From an uncultured delta proteobacterium (GTDB taxonomy: Bacteria > Desulfobacterota > RBG-13-43-22), in NCBI GenBank assembly GCA_963743305.1, contig CAVUPH010000013.1:128001-192000 (forward strand): a DNA stretch of 64,000 bases. Direction: 5' to 3'. The notes beneath the pieces are model-generated. The model saw nothing but the letters and a program-made list of their open reading frames with translations, was not told where the DNA came from and made no database searches. This document shows, in pieces, positions 8,696 through 18,877 of this stretch. Position numbers and translations under genes: made by a program. Every line of letters starts with the position of its first letter. Position 1 is the first letter of the stretch.

Positions 8696-9769
8696 TTATT
8701 TACTTCTTTCTGATACTAATCGTAACATTGGGCCGGATTGTACCGGGATGACTGTTTTTATCTGATCTGGAAAAATCTCTTCTCCGGTTTCGTAGGTCGT
8801 CTGGCCGGCCATGCTCTTCAGCGAAAAAATCCAGTCCTTCATTTGTCCGGTCTGGGTATTCATCTCTTCAGCGGCGCTGGCCAGCTCTTCGGTCTGGGCC
8901 GCCGTCTGTTGGATAACCCGATTGACTTCATTTACTCCCCTATTGACCTGTTCAAGGCCCTGGGATTGTTCCAGGGAGGCAGCGGCGATTTCAGTTACAA
9001 AGGTATTCACTTTGTCGGTGTTGTCGCTCACTTTGGAGAATTCATCGATGGTAACGATCGCGTCATCCATGGCCTCGTTGATTTTTCGACTGATATCCTC
9101 GATCTGGCCGGTGGTTTTTTTGGCCGCGTCGGCCGCCCGCAAGGCTAAGTTGCGGACTTCATCGGCCACCACGGCAAAGCCGGCCCCGGCCTCACCCGCC
9201 CGGGCGGCTTCTACTGCCGCGTTCAGGGCCAGCAGATTGGTTTGAAAGGCGATTTCATCAATTGTTTTAACGATTTTTTGAGTATCGAGACTGGCCTCGC
9301 TCACCTGCCCTATGGCTGCCGCCATGTTTTGCATGGAATTGGAACAGGAATCGGTCGTGTTTTTATTTTCCAAGGACAGGATTTTGGCTTGTTGGGCATG
9401 TTCCGCATTTTGTTTGGTCATGGAGGAAATTTCCTCCAGGGAGGAAGAGGTTTCTTCAAGAGCGGCCGCCATTTCCGAGGCCCCGCTGGCCAGAGATTGG
9501 CTGGAGACCGACACCTCGTGGGAAGCCAGGGTCACTTGATCGACGGCCTCATTAAGACCCTGGATTAGTCCGCCGAGATCCCTGGCCAGGGAACGCCAAA
9601 TCCACAGGCTGAGCCCCACCAGAGCGGCCGTTTCCACAAAAAGAAAGACCCCAAACAGCCCTGTTGACGTTTCTCCGAAAACCCGATATCCAAGGAATCC
9701 GACACCAACCAGTTGCAGGACCAGGAATCCCAACCCGACCAAAAGACGTTTTTGAATTGATAAATTCAT
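8696..9769 (-). CDS. Methyl-accepting chemotaxis protein lacking a ligand-binding domain
   Basis: Hairpin tip [34 protein letters not shown]; methylation helices [10 protein letters not shown] and [10 protein letters not shown]; two TM helices joined by a ~9-aa loop. Confidence 0.92.
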   Translation of the reverse strand: MNLSIQKRLLVGLGFLVLQLVGVGFLGYRVFGETSTGLFGVFLFVETAALVGLSLWIWRSLARDLGGLIQGLNEAVDQVTLASHEVSVSSQSLASGASEMAAALEETSSSLEEISSMTKQNAEHAQQAKILSLENKNTTDSCSNSMQNMAAAIGQVSEASLDTQKIVKTIDEIAFQTNLLALNAAVEAARAGEAGAGFAVVADEVRNLALRAADAAKKTTGQIEDISRKINEAMDDAIVTIDEFSKVSDNTDKVNTFVTEIAAASLEQSQGLEQVNRGVNEVNRVIQQTAAQTEELASAAEEMNTQTGQMKDWIFSLKSMAGQTTYETGEEIFPDQIKTVIPVQSGPMLRLVSERSK

Positions 9770-9920
9770 AAGGAACGGTCTCCCAATTGAACCAAAGTTA
9801 AAGGGCACTTCAATTCTTAAGGGGTTGATGAATCGAATGCCTTTCTAGGACAGAATGAATTACTACTTGAAATACTTTTCTTATTTCATAGGCAATTCAT
9901 TCTTTATGGTGTTAAAGGTC

Positions 9921-9947
9921 TTATCGGCAAAAAGCAGTCGGGCTTGA
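9921..9947 (-). promoter_or_regulatory. Sigma28 (FliA) promoter for the MCP-V4R operon
   Basis: TCAA-N15-GCCGATAA on the minus strand (consensus TAAA-N15-GCCGATAA). Confidence 0.75.
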
Positions 9948-10213
9948 ATAGTATCGGAAAATCCCGAGGGATTTCTTTGGGGAGGGACCCATTGTTTTTT
10001 CGGACCGGTGCCGGTTTTAGCCTGTTACCCGAAGCGGGAAAGAAGGGAAAAGTGGGGTGCGGCCTGTAAGAGAGGAGTTGGAAAGGATGAGGGGATGGTC
10101 AGCGGGGTAAGTGTTTATCCTCCCCGGAGGCATTTCAACCCAAATATCGGGACCATCCGGGGTGGAATCGGAGTGAAGGGGCGGTTCGTGCCGCTAATAT
10201 CAGGGGTCCCGCT

Positions 10214-10498
10214 TTAAAGACTGTTGATACGCGGCGGGTCGATCTCCTTCAGAACCTGAATCCCTTTCGTCCTCAGGGTCTCGAGGGCCTTGGCTGTAGT
10301 GTCGGGCGCTACGCCCTTGCTCAGACCTTCGATGACGACAACATTGTAGCCGTTGGCGGCAGCATCGACGGCGGTGGCCAGGACGCGGTAATCAGTGGCC
10401 GGTTCATACACCACCAGCTTCTTGATGCCCGCTGCTTTGAGGATGGAGTCCACCTCGGTCTTGGCCCCCCCCGTCATCCTGGAAACCTGAGTAGCTGG
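10214..10498 (-). pseudogene. C-terminal remnant of a nicotinamidase/isochorismatase
   Basis: SYSGFQDDG, then a frameshift in a G8 run, then EPATDYRV in place of GLATDYCV; no N-terminal half. Confidence 0.65.
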
Positions 10499-10541
10499 TG
10501 AATATCGGGTTCTGTCCTTGTTCTTCCTCCTTGTTTTTATT

Positions 10542-10775
10542 TTAAAACCATGATTTGGCGCGATAGGAACGATAGGCTTCACCGAAACGGGACTCCAAAT
10601 CCCGCTCCTCCAGTCTCCGCCAGAAGATAATACTGCCTATTCCTAGGAATCCGGGGATTAGGCTGAGGGTTGCTCCGTGGTAAAGACTCCAACCGAAGAT
10701 CCAAAGCTCGTAGCTGTTCCGAATCACCAATCCAGCCAGGAAGAGGCCCAGGAGTAACGAAAAGTCAATTCTCAT
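10542..10775 (-). pseudogene. Internally deleted isoprenylcysteine/phospholipid methyltransferase-family membrane protein
   Basis: C-terminal LEERDLESRFGEAYRSYR motif retained; only 77 aa and the RHPxY segment is missing. Confidence 0.6.
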
Positions 10776-10790
10776 AAGGATACTCCAACA

Positions 10791-12947
10791 CTATTCCCAG
10801 CCCCCCGGATGCTCTTTGGGTCTTTGCGCTGAGGACCAATTTTCGGTCGCTATATCAAACGGCCAAGAGGCCCGAATAGTCGTTCCTCCTTCTCCGGATT
10901 CGACGGCGAAAGCCCCATTCGAGAGCTCCGCCCGTTCTCTCATGGTGGATAGGCCGAATCCTCTAACGACCTCGCTCAGCTCAAATCCCCGGCCGTTGTC
11001 TTGAATAGTCAATTCTATTCCATCGCCCACCTTTTGCAGAGAGAGACAGACCCGGCTGGCCTGACTGTGCTTGGCGATATTGTTCAGCGCTTCCTGGGAA
11101 ATGCGAAAGATCGGGGTCTTCAGAGAATCAGGCAATTCCTCTTCCGCCAGGCCGATTTGGCCTTCAACCCCGATAGAGGAATAGGTTTTTTGAAACTCTC
11201 GGCAGAACCAATTCATGGCGGAAATGATCCCCAGGTCATCAAGAATGGCCGGGCGCAAATCGGCCATGATCCTTCGGGTCTCCACGATGGTTTGTTGAAC
11301 CGCCGCCACCAGACCGTGAAAGGATTCGATTTGAGTCAGGCCCTGCTCCATATCGGCTTGAGTCTTTTCAATGCTGTATTTGATAGCGGCCAGGGAAGAG
11401 GCAATGCTATCGTGAAGCTCTCCCGCAATTCTCTTCCTCTCCGTCTCCTGAGAAGTGAGGCACTGAGAGGCAAAAAACCGCACCTGTTGCTCCGATTGGC
11501 GCAGCGTTTCTTCCAATCGCCGGCGCTGGAGAATTTCTTGCTGCAGCATACCGACGGCTTCCGTTAATTCCGCCGTTCTTATCTGAACCCGTGCCTCTAG
11601 CTCGGCATTGATTTGCTCGACCTCCCGGCGGGCTTCGACGGCGTCTTGCATGAGATTGAGCGCGGCCAGCCGGGAGGCGCGCAAGGCTTCCTCGGCCTGT
11701 TTGCGCTCCGTAACGTCGAGAAAGACCACCCCAAAACATCCTCTCTCGGTCTGAAAAGCGCTCACCTCAAAATGCCGCCCCAGGGCCTCGCTCCATTGGT
11801 CGAAGTGGGCCGGCTGACCGGTCAGGGCGACCGATCCGTACCGTTCCACCCAGAGGCTTTCCGCTTGGGGCAGGACCTCAGAGAGTGTTCGCCCCACGAG
11901 GTCTGTGGCCTTAAGTCCGGTCAGTCGCTCGAAACCCGGATTCACCTGCAGGAAGCGGTAGTCGCAGGGCCGGCCCTCGTCGTTACAGATGATTTCGTGG
12001 ACGGCGAAGCCTTCGGTCATGGTTTCAAACAGCTTTCGAAACCGATCCTCGCTTTGCGCGAGTTCCCGGAACAAGGTCCGATAGGGGCGCTGGAGGCCGG
12101 TTTCGATAATGGCCTTATACAGCAGGGCATAAGCCACGATTTTCAGGAAATGGCCCAATTCATTGAACAGGCCGTAAACGTTTCCATACCAGGTGAAGGA
12201 CAGCTCCGAGACGATGCTTACGCCTATGGCGGCCATCACCAAGCGCAGCACCGAAGGGTCCAGGTGCTGCCGTCGCCGGGAGACGAAGAAGATCGCCCCG
12301 GCCAGCAAAACGCAGATGAGGTATTCGCTGATGATTTTAAAGGGCGTTAGACCCTGCCCTTCGACAAAACAGGCCGGGAACCATCCGCCGAACACCATGG
12401 CCAGAAACAACGCCGTTATCAGGCCGTAGGCCGACAGCAGCCTCAGGGCGCTGACCCGTCGCGTCAGGTATAGGGGCGCCACCACCAGGGACACCGCCTC
12501 CAGGCTTCGCGCGGCAATCCACAACTGCGTCGGCAAGTCGGCCGTTGCGCCGGGAAACACGCCCATGCCCTTGTAAGCCAGCAGGTGAAGGAGGTCGAAG
12601 GCGCCCACTGTCAGAAAGGCCACACCCAAAAACAGAAAAAAACCGTGGGCGATGAGCCGGCGGGAATTCCAGGCCAGGATGAACATTCCCCAGGCCACTA
12701 AAACCGAAAACAACTCCGCCAAACTATGAAACAGCAGATAACTGACGCGGCCCGTCAGCCATAGCCCGACGATGCCGACACCCACGGCAGCCATAATGAG
12801 GGCCTTGTCTATGGCTTTTGTCGGCGCCGTACCGGCTTCCCTCTGGGTCTTCTCGGAGGGATCCTGCGACTTTTGGCCCGGCCGGCTTTTTTCTGGGCTT
12901 TGGTCGGTGACCTGGTTCGTTCCGTTCTTCCGGTCCTTCATGAGCAC
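10791..12947 (-). CDS. MASE3-PAS-HisKA_3 sensor histidine kinase
   Basis: YLLFHSLAELFS (MASE3-type), PAS DYRFLQVNPGFE, ERKRIAGELHDS, EALNNIAKHS, DNGRGF, GFGL. Confidence 0.9.
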   Translation of the reverse strand: MLMKDRKNGTNQVTDQSPEKSRPGQKSQDPSEKTQREAGTAPTKAIDKALIMAAVGVGIVGLWLTGRVSYLLFHSLAELFSVLVAWGMFILAWNSRRLIAHGFFLFLGVAFLTVGAFDLLHLLAYKGMGVFPGATADLPTQLWIAARSLEAVSLVVAPLYLTRRVSALRLLSAYGLITALFLAMVFGGWFPACFVEGQGLTPFKIISEYLICVLLAGAIFFVSRRRQHLDPSVLRLVMAAIGVSIVSELSFTWYGNVYGLFNELGHFLKIVAYALLYKAIIETGLQRPYRTLFRELAQSEDRFRKLFETMTEGFAVHEIICNDEGRPCDYRFLQVNPGFERLTGLKATDLVGRTLSEVLPQAESLWVERYGSVALTGQPAHFDQWSEALGRHFEVSAFQTERGCFGVVFLDVTERKQAEEALRASRLAALNLMQDAVEARREVEQINAELEARVQIRTAELTEAVGMLQQEILQRRRLEETLRQSEQQVRFFASQCLTSQETERKRIAGELHDSIASSLAAIKYSIEKTQADMEQGLTQIESFHGLVAAVQQTIVETRRIMADLRPAILDDLGIISAMNWFCREFQKTYSSIGVEGQIGLAEEELPDSLKTPIFRISQEALNNIAKHSQASRVCLSLQKVGDGIELTIQDNGRGFELSEVVRGFGLSTMRERAELSNGAFAVESGEGGTTIRASWPFDIATENWSSAQRPKEHPGGWE

Positions 12948-12950
12948 ACC

Positions 12951-13379
12951 TTATGAATCCGCTGATTGGGGGAGCACCGGCTTGATATCGACGAGCGGCG
13001 TTCCATCGATCGCCTCCAGCGGTCCCACCTTGATTCTGTTCCCGGCGATTTCCAGAACCGTAACGCGATGTAATCCCAATGGATTGGGTCTGTGGGGCGA
13101 CCGGGTGGCAAAGACGCCGGTCAGGGGCCGGTTTGGATCCCGACGCGGGTGGACCTTCAGTTTGTCGCGCTGCGCCTGGTGAAGCCAGGTGATTAAGACC
13201 ATTTCATCGCCCGGCGCAATTCCTTCGAGCCCCTCGGCAACCTCCGCCTGCACATCGAGCCAGGCGTCGGGCGCCCCTTCAGATCCCTGGCGGGGCGCCG
13301 CCTCGCGACCAGTCAGGTCGGAGCGGATGACCCCAATGGGTTTAATCGTAAAGCGGGCTTCGATCATAGCGCTGCTCAC
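12951..13379 (-). CDS. trmO: tRNA m6t6A37 methyltransferase TrmO/TsaA family
   Basis: PIGVIRS, APRQG, GVFATRSPHRPNPLGL, DGTPLVDIKP. Confidence 0.85.
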   Translation of the reverse strand: MSSAMIEARFTIKPIGVIRSDLTGREAAPRQGSEGAPDAWLDVQAEVAEGLEGIAPGDEMVLITWLHQAQRDKLKVHPRRDPNRPLTGVFATRSPHRPNPLGLHRVTVLEIAGNRIKVGPLEAIDGTPLVDIKPVLPQSADS

Positions 13380-14140
13380 GGGAAAATCTGACCTGTGGGA
13401 CGTATCGTCACTTCGTTCACGTTGACGTGCGGCGGCAACCTGAGGAGCCAGTGAATACCATCCGCGATGACCTGGGGTTCAAGAAGTTGGCCGAAGGGAG
13501 CGACGGCCTTACTGAAATTTTCCTCGTCATACCCGGCCACGGCCTGAAATTCACTGACGACGATGCCCGGCAACACCAGGGAAACGCGTACCCCCTGGGG
13601 ACAAACCTCACGGCGAAGCGATTCGGCCAGCGCACCGACAGCGAACTTGCTGGAACCGTAGAACCCGCTGAAGGGCGAAATATTCCGGCCCACCGCTGAA
13701 CCAATGACCACGATGTCCCCGCGTTTTTGTTTGACCAGGTATTGTCCCGCCCGCCGCATCAGGCTGGCCGCGCCGAGCACGTTGACTTGGTATAGGTCCC
13801 GCCACTGGGATTCATCGCTGCCGAGGATACCGCCTGCCAGTCCGCGACCGGCATTGATGACCACAATCTCAAACGTGCCGCCGCCTTCATTCCAGGCCAA
13901 GGTTCGCTCCAGCAAACGATCAATATCCTCCGGAGCGCCCGCATTGCCCGCCACGGCCAGGGCTTTCCCCCCTTGGGCGATAATCTCCGAGACAACCGTA
14001 TCCAGCCGGTCTTGGCGTCGGGCCTGGATGACGACCGCCGCGCCGGCCCTGGCCAGGGTAGCCGCCGTAGCTCGTCCTATTCCGGAGCTGGCACCGGTAA
14101 CAATGGCCGTCTTGCCAGAAAAATAGCTATCTTTTTCCAT
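13376..14140 (-). CDS. Short-chain dehydrogenase/reductase
   Basis: TGASSGIG, NAG, YGSSK. Confidence 0.9.
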   Translation of the reverse strand: MEKDSYFSGKTAIVTGASSGIGRATAATLARAGAAVVIQARRQDRLDTVVSEIIAQGGKALAVAGNAGAPEDIDRLLERTLAWNEGGGTFEIVVINAGRGLAGGILGSDESQWRDLYQVNVLGAASLMRRAGQYLVKQKRGDIVVIGSAVGRNISPFSGFYGSSKFAVGALAESLRREVCPQGVRVSLVLPGIVVSEFQAVAGYDEENFSKAVAPFGQLLEPQVIADGIHWLLRLPPHVNVNEVTIRPTGQIFP

Positions 14141-14248
14141 AAAATCCTCCTCGGTGGCGTACCAGGTAGAGTTTGTTTTTAAGGATTTAGGCGGCCGGAC
14201 CCCATCCCGTCACCTTACGCTCTTTAGTCCTGGAATCAAATGCTGGCT

Positions 14249-14273
14249 GTCATTCCAGCGGAAGCCGGAATCC
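14249..14273. repeat. Half REP-like element (GTCATTCC...GGAATCC family) supplying the DoxX stop codon
   Basis: GTCATTCCAGCGGAAGCCGGAATCC; similar to the element near 62790. Confidence 0.5.
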
Positions 14274-14699
14274 GGCGCTGGAATTGGATGAAGACGGGTC
14301 TCGCCTCCAGAGGCGATCTCCGCTCCAGGCCCCTCCTCCAGCGAAGGCCAGATATAGGAAAACAAAGCACAAGACCACGGCCAGGTCCCCTCCATTCCTC
14401 AAGGGCCAGAACCCCTTCGGCGCGTGCACCAGGAAGTAGGCCACGGCCATTTCTCCTGAGAGGATGAAGGCTACGGGACGGGTGAACAGCCCGAGCAAAA
14501 TAAACAGCCCGCCGAAAAACTCCAGCACCCCGGCCAGGCCGAGCAGAGACATCAACGGGGGCAAGACGGCGTGCTCGGGGGAAAGGAAGCCGAAGAGCTT
14601 CTGGGCCCCGTGCTGCAGGAAGAGGAAGGCCGTAACGATCCGCAGGACGCTCAGCAGGCGCGACGACCACCGGGAACAAAAGGATTCGAGATAAAGCAT
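14250..14699 (-). CDS. DoxX family membrane protein
   Basis: HGAQKLFG, LGLFTRPVAFILSGEMAVAYF, GGGAWS. Confidence 0.9.
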   Translation of the reverse strand: MLYLESFCSRWSSRLLSVLRIVTAFLFLQHGAQKLFGFLSPEHAVLPPLMSLLGLAGVLEFFGGLFILLGLFTRPVAFILSGEMAVAYFLVHAPKGFWPLRNGGDLAVVLCFVFLYLAFAGGGAWSGDRLWRRDPSSSNSSAGFRLPLE

Positions 14700-15061
14700 A
14701 AACACCTCCTCGTTGGTCTATTTGGACGCGGTCCTTTATGTGGCGGGATCTGTTTTCACGCGGGACGACTTAATAGAAAATAGGCTTTCCCTTTTAGCAT
14801 TTATTTTCTATTTTGTCATTAAATCAGATCATTGTCAAATAAACTGGTGACCAGGCCCAACTCAGCTATTCGGCGAAATTAGGGAAAGAAGACGGGCGGT
14901 TAGGAGCGGAAGGGAGTCCTCCCCCTTAGCATCCGGTTTTCTGGAGTCCGAGCTTTGGGGTCGGATTTTTCCCTATGTAGAGCGAAGGGTTTCAGTTGAC
15001 GAAAAGGGACTTCTTGTAATACCATCTCTAATCAAGGTCAGGAAATTGAAAAGGAGGAGCC

Positions 15062-15634
15062 ATGGATCTTTTTGCCGCCATCAAGGAAAGACGCAGTTGT
15101 AGAAGCTTTTTGAGTGACCCGATAGAGGAGGTCACCCTGGAGAAGATCATAGAAGCCGGGACCTGGGCGCCTTCGCCGATGAACGCCCAACCCTGGGAAT
15201 TCATCGTGGTCACCAGCCCGGAGATGAAAGAGAAGATTTATGCGGAGGCGGAGCGCTGTCGCCGGTGGGCCTTGAGCGCCAGCGGCTGGAAGTGGCTGGA
15301 CAAATACCGGATCGAATTCCTGAAATCCGCCCCGGTGCTGGTAGTGGTGGTCGGCGATCCTAAAAAAACCGGGGTCGACCAATTCATGGAGGACGGTTCG
15401 ACGGGCTATCAATACGCCTGCGCCGCGGCCGTCCAGAATATGATGCTGGCCGCCCAGGTCCTGGGCTTAGGCAGCCTTTGGTTTACGTTGTTCGACCGAA
15501 AAAATGTGGGCGAAGTCTTGGGCGTCGCTCCCGAAAAAAAGGTGCTGTCCCTCGTTTGCCTGGGCAAGCCGGAAGGGACGGTGGCTCCGGTGTCGCGCAA
15601 ACCGACGGCAGAGAAAATGACGTACTTCCGGTAA
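15062..15634 (+). CDS. Nitroreductase family protein
   Basis: RRSCRSF, APSPMNAQPWEF, QNMMLAA, GLGSLW. Confidence 0.9.
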   Translation: MDLFAAIKERRSCRSFLSDPIEEVTLEKIIEAGTWAPSPMNAQPWEFIVVTSPEMKEKIYAEAERCRRWALSASGWKWLDKYRIEFLKSAPVLVVVVGDPKKTGVDQFMEDGSTGYQYACAAAVQNMMLAAQVLGLGSLWFTLFDRKNVGEVLGVAPEKKVLSLVCLGKPEGTVAPVSRKPTAEKMTYFR

Positions 15635-15668
15635 GGGGAACCGGCCTTGGCCCGCGCGATCCTTCCTT

Positions 15669-16880
15669 TTACCCGCTGGTTTGTGCGGCCCAAGAAGGGG
15701 GTGATCCCGGTGGAAAAGATTCTTTCCTAACCGCGGAGCCCGCGGTTTTTAAGACCTCTGCGCTTAATCTCGGTTCAGCCATCCGAACAATGCGAATGGC
15801 CCGGCGCCGCTCTACGGGAAAATATAAAATAAAGCTGGCGCCTTGTCCTGGTTCGGATTCAACTTCGATGCGGCCTCCGTGAAGGGCCAGGATTCGTTTG
15901 ACCGTCGCCAGATCGATTCCGGCCCCATTGTCCTTGGTGCTGAAAAACGGGTTAAAGATAAAGGGCAGGTCCCTCTTCAGGATCCCGATCCCGTTGTCGG
16001 TTACCCTGACCCAGTGATGCCGGCCGTCCGATCCGCTCGTAAAGGTGAGCTCCCCGAATTCTTCCAGGGCCTCAATGGCATTTTCAATCAAAATCATAAA
16101 GGCCCTCACCGAAAGATTTCTATCCACCCGCAGAGAAATTTCCGCAAGATCCTTATTGACGGCGATCGTTTTGCTTTTCAGCGGGTAGGTAAATAACCGG
16201 AGGGCCTCCTCGATGAGCTCTTCCAGGGGTTCATTGGTGAAAGAGGGCTTCGGCAGCGTGGCAAAGGAATCGGTTTTTTTCACCAGCCGTTCTATTTTTT
16301 GCAGGTCGCTTAAAATGTACCGGTAATACCGCTCGTTGTCTTCGTTTCGCTCGCAGGCGGCATGGAGCTTCTTGCAGTAGCCGCCGATACCGGCCAGGGG
16401 ATTCCGAAGTTCATGGGCCACTCCCCCGGCGATTTGGATCAGATCTTCATAATGGCCATCCAGGAGGATTTTTTCGAGTTGCTTCTCCTGGTCCATATTC
16501 TGGATGCAGATGAAAATCAGGGCATGCCCCCGGGCGGGTTCAGACATGGCCTGCATATTGATGAAGGCGAAAAAACGGGTCTGGTCCTTTCGCTGGAGCA
16601 TCAGCTCGCCCTCATAGGGACAATTCTTTTGGGCCAGGTCCATCAAATTGGAAAATAGATAGGTCACATCCTCCGGTGTAAATAAGAGGGAAAGCATTTC
16701 CCCCTCCATCTCGTCCGGGGTAAACCCGAAAAGATTTTCCACTACCGGACTGGTGAAACAGATGCGACCGCTCAGGTCGGTTACAATAACCGCCTGTTTG
16801 AGGCAGGCCAGAATGCTTTCCAGCATTTCCCAAGAGTCACAATACGTTAGCGGCCAGGCCAAGTTGGTATTTTTATTCAT
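15669..16880 (-). CDS. Cytoplasmic PAS sensor histidine kinase
   Basis: PAS region, AHELRNPL, DNGIGI, FNPFFSTK, variant G2 box GAGIDL. Confidence 0.9.
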   Translation of the reverse strand: MNKNTNLAWPLTYCDSWEMLESILACLKQAVIVTDLSGRICFTSPVVENLFGFTPDEMEGEMLSLLFTPEDVTYLFSNLMDLAQKNCPYEGELMLQRKDQTRFFAFINMQAMSEPARGHALIFICIQNMDQEKQLEKILLDGHYEDLIQIAGGVAHELRNPLAGIGGYCKKLHAACERNEDNERYYRYILSDLQKIERLVKKTDSFATLPKPSFTNEPLEELIEEALRLFTYPLKSKTIAVNKDLAEISLRVDRNLSVRAFMILIENAIEALEEFGELTFTSGSDGRHHWVRVTDNGIGILKRDLPFIFNPFFSTKDNGAGIDLATVKRILALHGGRIEVESEPGQGASFILYFPVERRRAIRIVRMAEPRLSAEVLKTAGSAVRKESFPPGSPPSWAAQTSG

Positions 16881-16962
16881 CGGCTACTCCTTCGCTGTTG
16901 CCAAGCAACGAATAAAAAAAAGGTGGTTTCCCTTAGCAGGGGGTTGGCCTTTGCGGGGCTCA

Positions 16963-18036
16963 TCACAGCCCCGACGCTAAGGTAGGTTTAATCAATCCCA
17001 GGTTTCCCAGAGTGGGTTCGATTTCCTGAGCGGTGAAAAGCCAGGAATCCGTCCCCGGCCTGGAAAGGGCGAGGCTGGTTATCTGTCCTAACCGCTCGAG
17101 AAAAAATTCCTCCCGATGGGTGAGTTGTTGTTTAAGGGTATTGATCCAGAGGTAGAGGGTGCCCAGTTTTTTGTGGTCAAAGGATAGGGGCATGGTTTTC
17201 AAAAGGCTGGGCTGGGACTTTTGCCCGAAGGCCCCTCGGTCTTCCGCGTTCCCGAAGGGTTTCCCGGCTTTCAAGGATTTTTTGATGGCCGGAAACCGGG
17301 CCAGGTCCAAGACGATGGGTTCCGTTTCCGGAGAATCGTTGGAGGAAACCATTAAACCGCTTTTCTCCCGGGAATCCACAAAAATGGCCGAACAGCGAAC
17401 GATGGAAAATTTTTCGCAGATGATCCGGGTCAGTTGCAGCAGGTAGTCGGAAAAGCGTTTCCCCTGACCGATGGACTGGGCCACCTCGGTCAGCGCCTCC
17501 AACTCCAGATAGTCTTCCCTCAGGATCTCCTTTTCCAGCAGAAGACGGTTATAGGATTCGATCATGCCGTAGAAGAAAAAGGTCACAATAAATAGAAAGG
17601 GAAAGCGGAGCAAGGTCCCGGTACTCCAAAAATCGTTCGGGGATTTCAGATAAAGGGAAGTCCCGTAGATGACCAGAATTAACCCGAAGGCGGAACCGAT
17701 CAGTTTGAGTCGCCTCGAGGTGGCGGCCAATAAAAGAATCAGAAAGTAGATGACATAGAATTCCGAATCCGATTGCGCGGCAAAAAAAAGGGCCAGGGTG
17801 GTCAATAAGATATCAAGGGAAAGAATATAAAAAAGAAAACGTTTCTTTCGAAAGAGGGTTTGGGGAAAAAAAGTCAGTCCCAGGTTGCTCAAGGCGTATA
17901 GGGAAAAGCCGAAGATAAATGAGAGGGGCAGGTGCTCTTGCGAGAAGCTGAAGAGGAGGACATAGCCGACGATGATGATCAGCGCCCAACGCAGCAGCAA
18001 GATGGTCCTTTTGTTATATTCTTCTTTTAGCAACAT
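16963..18036 (-). CDS. Multi-TM membrane protein with C-terminal GAF-like domain and no output domain
   Basis: About six hydrophobic segments, a coiled coil, then GAF-like RCSAIFV...MPLSFDHKKLGTLYL...EEFFL. Confidence 0.65.
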   Translation of the reverse strand: MLLKEEYNKRTILLLRWALIIIVGYVLLFSFSQEHLPLSFIFGFSLYALSNLGLTFFPQTLFRKKRFLFYILSLDILLTTLALFFAAQSDSEFYVIYFLILLLAATSRRLKLIGSAFGLILVIYGTSLYLKSPNDFWSTGTLLRFPFLFIVTFFFYGMIESYNRLLLEKEILREDYLELEALTEVAQSIGQGKRFSDYLLQLTRIICEKFSIVRCSAIFVDSREKSGLMVSSNDSPETEPIVLDLARFPAIKKSLKAGKPFGNAEDRGAFGQKSQPSLLKTMPLSFDHKKLGTLYLWINTLKQQLTHREEFFLERLGQITSLALSRPGTDSWLFTAQEIEPTLGNLGLIKPTLASGL

Positions 18037-18064
18037 ACCGTTTTCCTCCCCCAGATAGAAGGTT

Positions 18065-18841
18065 TCAGGTCAGCTTGGCCCTTAATTTTGAACGGACCTG
18101 CGAATGAATTTGAGATACCCGTCCTTCGGAACAACCCAGAATGTGGCCGATCTCACTTCCGGAAAGTTCTTCGTAATAGTAGAGGGAAAGGAAGGTCTGC
18201 TCCCGCTGGGTGAGGCGATCAATGGCCTGGGCCAGGTGTTGTTTTAGATCCAGCAGAATGACCTGGAAGGACGGATCTTGTCTTTCATCCGCCGGTAAGG
18301 CCTCCAGCATCTGGTCGGAAGGATCACTGTCGGAGGAGTGCGGGGTCATTTTCAGGTTTTGAGCCGAAAGCCCATAGGCCTCCTTGACCAGCTTGTAAAA
18401 AAGATCCAGGGTTTTGCCGAGCGCCTGGGCCACTTCTTCGTCTTCCACCGGATAGCCTTTGGCTTGCTCCAACTCCCGCACCGTATTTTCCAGAAGCATT
18501 TTTTTGTGTCGGACGGATCGCGGGACCCAGTCCATGGCCCGCAGTTCGTCCAACATGGCTCCGCGGATGCGGTATTCCGCGTAGGTGGAAAAATTAACTT
18601 TTTTGTCCGGATCAAATTTTTGCAGGGCATCCATCAAACCGATCATCCCGACACTGATTAAGTCCTCTAGCGCAATATGATCCGGCAACCGCCTGACCAG
18701 TCGCTGGGCCACAAATTTTACCATAGGGCTGTGCTTGAGGATCAAGGCTTCCCGCTCGCTAAGGGAAATAGGGATGGCCTCGCAGACCGGCGGGGGCGTC
18801 TTCCCTTCTAATTTGTTGTATTCGCTTACGGTGGCTTTCAC
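18065..18841 (-). CDS. fliA: FliA/WhiG-family sigma factor (sigma28), orphan
   Basis: EDLISVGMIGL, YAEYRIRGAMLDELRAMDWVPRSVR, LYYYEEL, RVSQIHS; probable GTG start after GGAGG (ORF extends to 18877). Confidence 0.88.
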   Translation of the reverse strand: MKATVSEYNKLEGKTPPPVCEAIPISLSEREALILKHSPMVKFVAQRLVRRLPDHIALEDLISVGMIGLMDALQKFDPDKKVNFSTYAEYRIRGAMLDELRAMDWVPRSVRHKKMLLENTVRELEQAKGYPVEDEEVAQALGKTLDLFYKLVKEAYGLSAQNLKMTPHSSDSDPSDQMLEALPADERQDPSFQVILLDLKQHLAQAIDRLTQREQTFLSLYYYEELSGSEIGHILGCSEGRVSQIHSQVRSKLRAKLT

Positions 18842-18877
18842 GTGTCCCTCCTGTTGCGTTCTCTGGCCAGGCAGCAT

